Source: Promethearchaeota archaeon
GTDB taxonomy: Archaea; Asgardarchaeota; Thorarchaeia; Thorarchaeales; Thorarchaeaceae
Direction: 5' to 3'
DNA: 64,000 nt
Assembly (NCBI GenBank): GCA_014728035.1
Contig: WJMJ01000079.1
Span: 108,827 to 172,826, forward strand
A program made the translations under genes and the position numbers. The notes below the pieces were generated by a model. That model worked only from the letters and a program-made list of their open reading frames with translations, did not search any database and was not told the DNA's origin. Below, one piece after another: positions 58,767-64,000 of the stretch. Numbering within the stretch: the first letter of the stretch is position 1; every line of letters starts with the position of its first letter.

Positions 58767-59743
58767 CTCAAGAGATGTCCGGTGAACATGTAACGGTGAA
58801 AGACATCCTTGAAGCGAAAGATAGGATTTCTTCTCATATTCGAGAAACTCCTCTTATCCAATCAGAATTTCTTAGTGACTATTGTGGGGGAGAGGTTCTC
58901 CTCAAGCTCGAAAATCAACAAAAGACGGGCTCATTCAAGATTCGTGGAGCTTTAAACAAACTGCTGCAGCTAACAGAAGCTGAATTGGAGAGAGGTGTGA
59001 TAACCGCCTCCACTGGGAATCATGCTCAAGGTGTGGGATTTGCTGCACAACTTGTTGGCACCAAGGCGAGTGTAGTAGTTCCTAAATCAATCTCTTCGAA
59101 GAAATTACAAAGTATTCAGCAATACAATATGGAAGTTATTAAAACTATAAGAGCAGAGGATATCGAATATGATGCCATACAGCTGGCACAGGTGAAGGAA
59201 TTGGTCTATGTAAGCCCATATAATGAACCTGCAATCATTGCTGGTCAAGGAACAATTGGTTTAGAGTTGTTAGATCAGACTAGTGATTTTGATACCGTCA
59301 TTATTCCAGTAGGTGGAGGCGGTCTTATCTCAGGCATTTCCTTAGCATTGAAGTCAAGAAATCCAGCTATCTCCGTCCATGGAGTTCAGTCGAAGGCTGC
59401 AACAGCTATGTACTCCTCTCTAAAAAAAGGAGAAGTTGTAGCGGTTCAAGAGGACGAGTCACTTGCAGAGGCTCTTCTTGGTGGCCTGATTAAAGAAGCT
59501 ATGACTCTAGAACTTATGCAGGATTTGGTGGACTGGATGCAATTGGTTTCTGAGAAGTCAATCCGAGACGCAATTCGTGTCCTTTGGACCATGGATAGTC
59601 AAGTTGTTGAGGGGGCGGGGGCTGTTCCAGTTGCCTATATTCTTGAGAATGCTGACTTATTCAAAGACATGACAACCGTGGCAATCATTAGTGGTGGGAA
59701 TATTTCTGACGAGCTACTTAAAGACATAATCAAAACTAACTGA
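58763..59743 (+). CDS. ilvA: Threonine/serine dehydratase (no regulatory domain)
   Basis: KLENQQKTGSFKIRGA, ASTGNHAQG, AGQGTIGLE, PVGGGGLISG, SGGN. Confidence 0.88.
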   Translation: MTQEMSGEHVTVKDILEAKDRISSHIRETPLIQSEFLSDYCGGEVLLKLENQQKTGSFKIRGALNKLLQLTEAELERGVITASTGNHAQGVGFAAQLVGTKASVVVPKSISSKKLQSIQQYNMEVIKTIRAEDIEYDAIQLAQVKELVYVSPYNEPAIIAGQGTIGLELLDQTSDFDTVIIPVGGGGLISGISLALKSRNPAISVHGVQSKAATAMYSSLKKGEVVAVQEDESLAEALLGGLIKEAMTLELMQDLVDWMQLVSEKSIRDAIRVLWTMDSQVVEGAGAVPVAYILENADLFKDMTTVAIISGGNISDELLKDIIKTN

Positions 59744-59750
59744 AAATAAA

Positions 59751-59899
59751 TTTGGGAAACACTGGTCGGTCGCCCGTTAATAAAATATAACCAGTTCCCC
59801 AAAGAACAGTTTCTAACCGACCAGTGTTTGGACCGCACCTCCTTCCAGCAGTTGTGATTTCAGTTGAGGCTTATCAAAGTTCTATTGTGCGGTCACAAT
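59751..59899. ncRNA. Candidate structured non-coding element with two long stems and alternative pairings
   Basis: AAACACTGGTCGGT (59757-59770) pairs perfectly with ACCGACCAGTGTTT (59816-59829); GACCGCAC (59831-59838) pairs with GTGCGGTC (59887-59894), followed by ACA. Confidence 0.45.
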
Positions 59900-60007
59900 T
59901 CTCTCATTAAATATTATAGTGAAACAAGGAAATGAATCATCTTGTGTATATCAAAACACTATCAAATGTGAAAAAATGAATATGAGAGGAACGAATCCCC
60001 TCTTTTT

Positions 60008-62479
60008 CTATCTTCTTTTTGCCAGACAAATTAAGACTATTAGTCCTATGATTGCAATTGATACAATAATCATTGGATCCTCATACCAGTTACCTGGTTC
60101 TGTGATTGTAGATGTAGTCGTTACATCCATAACTGTGACAATGACAGTATCTGTAACAGAGTTACCTGATATATCAGTTAGTACAAGAGTATAGTTGTAT
60201 GTTGCAATTGACAAACCATCCAGAGAAATCGTAATGCTCTCTGAGCTTGAGTTCCAACTGCCCTCTATTAGTACTGTTCCATTTCTCAATATTTGATATG
60301 CTTCAGGAAAGTCGTCATTAGGATGCCAAGTTATTGATTGACCAGTTTCACCGATTTCGATTATTACATCAGATGGACTATCTACACTTGGATCGGTTGT
60401 TTCCGCATAGAATAAACTATCAGTGGTTATGGAGTTTAACGCTTGGTCATAGACCTTCACAAACAATTCTATTTCAGCAGAATCTGCTGACCACAACACT
60501 TCGCCTACATATAGTGAACCATTTCTTTGCAATTCACTAATCATCTCTGTACCATTATGGAGTATCATATGAGCATAGACTTCGCCTATACCATTTGCAT
60601 CAGTCACATTGGCATAGATACTAATACTATCTCCTGGTTGTGGTGAGGTGTCAGCATTCCCCCATTCGTTTACCACAGGTGGTGTGTTATCTTCTACCGA
60701 TAGTGTCATTCGTTTGGTCCAATTCTCAGCCGCCAATAGGCTCTCATACGAACCCATGAAATCTCCATTATCGAATGAGATATCTGACTGCTCGAAAGCT
60801 TTCTCCGCTTTCTCCTTTGCATCCAGTGTTTTCTGCTGCCAAGGTCCTGGTATATTATCCCAAGCATTGAGAAAGCGGGGATATAACGTATCTCTAAAAC
60901 CATCTAGATATGAGGCTTGTAACCATGTATATTCGAATGTTGAGAAGCTATCATTTCTTCCAAAATAACCCATCACACCAAATTGAAAGTCTGCTGCATA
61001 TTTAGAAGGACTGAATGTATGTTGCAGTCCTAATGCATGACCAAGCTCATGAATCTGAGTTGCTGTGGTTCCTGCTTTGCGGGTTTCGCCATCCGATCTA
61101 TAATATCGTTCATAGCTTTTCCATATGACAGTCTGATTGAGACCACCAAGTGCAGTGTAATTATAGCCTGCGTATTGCATAACCATGTTTTCTTTAACAA
61201 ATACTGCTCCAAAGACTGAAGTATCATAACCTTCTGTTAGACTATACACTGGTTTTAGATTAAAATAGATATCATAGAACATATTGAGACCATCGACAAT
61301 TGCCTCACCATTTACTAAGTTTGTATTATCATAAAATGTCTGGTTCCAATCTGTGTAGTTGTCAATGTGCAAGAAATCAACTTGTACGTACCATTCTGCA
61401 AAGGGAAGCGCTTCTTCGAGTGCATCTAATATTATATCTTCGCTATCAATCCATTCAATACTATCAGTAGTGATGTTATCCATTGCAAAAACCATCACTC
61501 GAAAACTTCCTTTCTGTGTTGGAGTGGTATATCCATGATGAGTTGGAAATAGGAGGTTATCCACGATGTCCAAGCTGTAATTTGCTAGATAATCAGTTGC
61601 ATTATTCTGGTCCTCTACCACCGACAAATCCCAATCCGCACCATATGTGTCGAAATCATATCTGATATGCGGACCTTCTGAATCATCATAGGTTTCATGC
61701 CACCAGAGTTGAGCCCAATTTGTATACCATTGGTCTGCAGTCACATCCAGAATATAGACTTGATTTCTTCCACCAACTCCCGCATACTGATATTTAATAT
61801 CAGGATTGAGATCATTATCCCACTCTAGACGGAACCAGTCCATTTTTTGACCAGAATCTGGATCAGTTGGATTATAGTCAAACCAGTGTTCTAGAGAATG
61901 ATCTGCATTATCAATCTCAGAATAATTTGTTAAGTAAAACGTCCATCCCAACTCAGGAGTCCTAACAGCTGGATTCTCAATCAACCAATCTTCAACTAAT
62001 GTTCCATTGATAGACCTACCATCTCTTGGATAAAAGCAAGTTCTGGGAATTTCGTCAACGGTCATTTCAAGTAGGGCTGTTTCATTCAATTTTGTGCCTG
62101 TATCAGTACCATTGATAGAATTGGTATACATGAAGGTCTTTAGATTTGACTCGTAACTTTCATTCACCCAGACAATATTATACGTTATATTCCACGTATA
62201 TGTGATATTATCATAAACATAAGTTCGATTTTTTGGCATATATGATATATATCGACTCTCGTTAATCACGTCTTGGTCAAATCCGAGAAAAACAAGGTTG
62301 AGTTTCCAGTCCCTAGTTATTGAAAAACTGATATCCTGTAACTCATGGATTGGTAACAAATTGACTTCAGATTTGTTTTCACTTCTATAATCAACTCTTT
62401 CTTGAAGTGGAAATCCATAAGGTAACATTCCTATTAGGAAAAATATAGATAGAAGGATGGCAACTGATTTACGGTTCAT
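60008..62479 (-). CDS. Membrane-anchored extracellular metzincin-type zinc metalloprotease with Ig-like domains
   Basis: Signal peptide, HELGHALGLQH, Met-turn GVMGY, DNTPPV and YNYTLVLTD..GN Ig-like repeats, Thr-rich linker, C-terminal TM plus KRR. Confidence 0.82.
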   Translation of the reverse strand: MNRKSVAILLSIFFLIGMLPYGFPLQERVDYRSENKSEVNLLPIHELQDISFSITRDWKLNLVFLGFDQDVINESRYISYMPKNRTYVYDNITYTWNITYNIVWVNESYESNLKTFMYTNSINGTDTGTKLNETALLEMTVDEIPRTCFYPRDGRSINGTLVEDWLIENPAVRTPELGWTFYLTNYSEIDNADHSLEHWFDYNPTDPDSGQKMDWFRLEWDNDLNPDIKYQYAGVGGRNQVYILDVTADQWYTNWAQLWWHETYDDSEGPHIRYDFDTYGADWDLSVVEDQNNATDYLANYSLDIVDNLLFPTHHGYTTPTQKGSFRVMVFAMDNITTDSIEWIDSEDIILDALEEALPFAEWYVQVDFLHIDNYTDWNQTFYDNTNLVNGEAIVDGLNMFYDIYFNLKPVYSLTEGYDTSVFGAVFVKENMVMQYAGYNYTALGGLNQTVIWKSYERYYRSDGETRKAGTTATQIHELGHALGLQHTFSPSKYAADFQFGVMGYFGRNDSFSTFEYTWLQASYLDGFRDTLYPRFLNAWDNIPGPWQQKTLDAKEKAEKAFEQSDISFDNGDFMGSYESLLAAENWTKRMTLSVEDNTPPVVNEWGNADTSPQPGDSISIYANVTDANGIGEVYAHMILHNGTEMISELQRNGSLYVGEVLWSADSAEIELFVKVYDQALNSITTDSLFYAETTDPSVDSPSDVIIEIGETGQSITWHPNDDFPEAYQILRNGTVLIEGSWNSSSESITISLDGLSIATYNYTLVLTDISGNSVTDTVIVTVMDVTTTSTITEPGNWYEDPMIIVSIAIIGLIVLICLAKRR

Positions 62480-62536
62480 CCAATCAACTCCAATAAAATT
62501 ACGATTTCACAAATCTATTTTAATTATAGCATCTTT

Positions 62537-62574
62537 ATAGAAGGGATTCTCGATCGATACGAGTATCCCTCTAT
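62537..62574 (-). terminator. Imperfect stem-loop downstream of the NIF3-like gene
   Basis: ATAGAAGGGATTCTCG...CGAGTATCCCTCTAT. Confidence 0.5.
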
Positions 62575-62614
62575 CACCAACCTAGGTTAGTTTCAATGTT
62601 CTAATATCATACTC

Positions 62615-63568
62615 CTAGGTACGTTTATGTCTGAAGAATCCAGAACAAGCATGAACTTCAACACCTTGTTTCTCGATTTCGTCAAGGATGAGATTCATAC
62701 CGATGGAATCAGACGAGTCATGACCTGCTATCACAACATAGATACCTTCGCTTTCACATTCTTTCTTTAGTGCATCTGTCATGTGCATCGTGATAATGGT
62801 GCTAATACCAGCTCTGGCAAGTACTTTGATAGCTTTTGGCCCTGGTGAGGTGCCACCAGTGAAGAAAACGAATTTGTCACCGCATGTCCCTTTTGAACTC
62901 CCTACAAGGATTTCAGGTCCTGCACCAACCTTTTCTGCTTCTTGGTACTCTGGTATTTCCAGAAGCACCTCACAGAGGTCTCCAAGTGTGTATGGGTTCT
63001 TTTCTTCTAGATACTCCTTCAAGAATTGATACCCAACAGAATCTGCAGGGGTGTGAGCACACATAAATGGCATGTCAATGAGTTTCGCTGCATCTCTGGT
63101 CTGTGTATGATTCCTTGGTTTAGTGGCAAAGTGCACTTCCTTTAATCGAGCAGCCATTGCGGATTCGGCCTGTGCTATAGGCACACCAAATTTAGCCCAT
63201 TGTTCAGGTTGGAGTTTCATAACAAAATCCAGATTAGAAGCTCCAATACCATGTGGATGATGAGCCAGTACAAGATCTATTTTCTTTCCCTTGTCTTCCA
63301 TTCGGTCTGCAAGTACAATTTCTCCCGGAGTGATGTCGATTCCTGCGAGTAGACTAGAAATCTCACGATCTTCTTCTCCGTAGAGTATTCTACAATCTGT
63401 GTATGGATTCCATGTTACATCTTTATCCGCAAGTTCTTTCTTTATTCCATCTAGCTTATCAAGTGCTTTTTTAGAGTCTTCAAGGATTGCTTCAATTCGT
63501 TCTTTACCTCGAGGATCTGCTTCAATCCCTTTTTGAACGAAGGTCCGATAAATCTCTCCTAATTTCAT
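62615..63568 (-). CDS. NIF3/YbgI-like dinuclear metal-centre protein
   Basis: GIEADPRG, NPYTDCRIL, AHHP, HTPAD, TGGT, MHM, AGHDSSDSIGMN. Confidence 0.85.
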   Translation of the reverse strand: MKLGEIYRTFVQKGIEADPRGKERIEAILEDSKKALDKLDGIKKELADKDVTWNPYTDCRILYGEEDREISSLLAGIDITPGEIVLADRMEDKGKKIDLVLAHHPHGIGASNLDFVMKLQPEQWAKFGVPIAQAESAMAARLKEVHFATKPRNHTQTRDAAKLIDMPFMCAHTPADSVGYQFLKEYLEEKNPYTLGDLCEVLLEIPEYQEAEKVGAGPEILVGSSKGTCGDKFVFFTGGTSPGPKAIKVLARAGISTIITMHMTDALKKECESEGIYVVIAGHDSSDSIGMNLILDEIEKQGVEVHACSGFFRHKRT

Positions 63569-63694
63569 AAATTTACGACAGAACGTTCAAGTTTGAAGCT
63601 TTCGGATTCTGCCATCATAGCTTTGTGACTATTAGTTAATTGCTCCCAAAGTTTTTATTCTTCCGAGGTGTACGAATTAAGGAGGTGCGCCCCT

Positions 63695-64000
63695 TTGTCC
63701 CAATATGGGAGGAAAGTAAGCCTATCACTATTCGCGATGGTATTATTATTTGGTAGTCTCCTGTTACCTGTAGTAAGTGCAGCTTATACTGCTCCAGAAA
63801 CAGAGACAACAACGCAAACACTTGAAACTGCAAGTAATGGACATTTCTATCTTTACGAAGATAGAACTCCGACTTCATTATTCACTCATGAATATCTATC
63901 TCATGATGAGGATATCAACTGGAAAAAGTATGATTATTCCCATTCTTCTTGGTCTACAGAAGTTGGTTCAGCCGATGGTCCCGCTAGACGTTCATTTGAA
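63695..64000 (+). CDS. Secreted protein, N-terminal part (runs off the window edge)
   Basis: Not in the ORF track. GGAGGTG SD, then TTG: MSQYGRKVSLSLFAMVLLFGSLLLPVVSAAYTAPETETTTQ..., open to the window end. Confidence 0.8.
   Translation, partial: MSQYGRKVSLSLFAMVLLFGSLLLPVVSAAYTAPETETTTQTLETASNGHFYLYEDRTPTSLFTHEYLSHDEDINWKKYDYSHSSWSTEVGSADGPARRSFE

Noticed and set aside
59635-59838. 67-aa minus-strand ORF starting inside the structured element
   Set aside because: It overlaps the dehydratase antisense, has poor SD spacing and shows no protein-like features
59751-59899. SRP RNA or RNase P RNA
   Set aside because: Too short and AT-rich, and lacks the SRP helix-8 and RNase P P4 consensus sequences
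1205-63878. Numerous short antisense or alternative-frame ORFs in the track (for example 1611-2003, 3141-3596, 30922-31407, 46366-46749, 63636-63878)
   Set aside because: Shadow ORFs of well-supported genes, with Ser/Ile-rich antisense composition and no motifs
1-64000. CRISPR array, IS/transposase, integrase, provirus or rRNA
   Set aside because: No regularly spaced repeats, recombinase/transposase motifs, viral hallmark genes or rRNA-like sequence were seen

Overview
AT-rich archaeal chromosomal DNA, very probably from an Asgard archaeon, most likely Thorarchaeia. This rests on a Rab-like GTPase, an Arf-like GTPase, several longin-like domains, 'DLSPL'-type LRR repeats, archaeal Sec11 and GGAGGTG/GGTGA Shine-Dalgarno sites; the taxonomy is inferred, not searched. 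The window is mostly housekeeping and metabolic genes: split feoB plus feoA, a LarA-family racemase, cysS, an ABC exporter, tRNA-Cys(GCA), nadA, ppa, kbl, sec11, ggt, aspA and a threonine dehydratase. There is an eroded accessory patch with pseudogenes at about 12.9-20.6 kb. No CRISPR array, rRNA, integrase or transposase was seen. Most notable: (1) a tandem paralog pair (25279-28997), both longin + G-domain + longin + two winged helices, one with an intact Arf-like GTPase and the other with a dead pseudo-GTPase, with C-terminal halves reminiscent of NPRL2/NPRL3 (GATOR1); (2) an NAD-kinase-like/winged-helix fusion with a degenerate GGDG motif, divergent from nadA across two GGCAA-N3-TTGCC palindromes and coupled to an N-terminally extended beta-CASP nuclease, suggesting an NAD-sensing regulator; (3) an intact O2-dependent AlkB alkane hydroxylase; (4) an orphan Alw26I/Eco31I/Esp3I-type m6A plus permuted m5C methyltransferase pair with no endonuclease; (5) a non-coding element with mutually exclusive stems at 59751-59899; (6) a GH50 agarase-like glycosidase. 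All protein calls come from motif recognition by eye.
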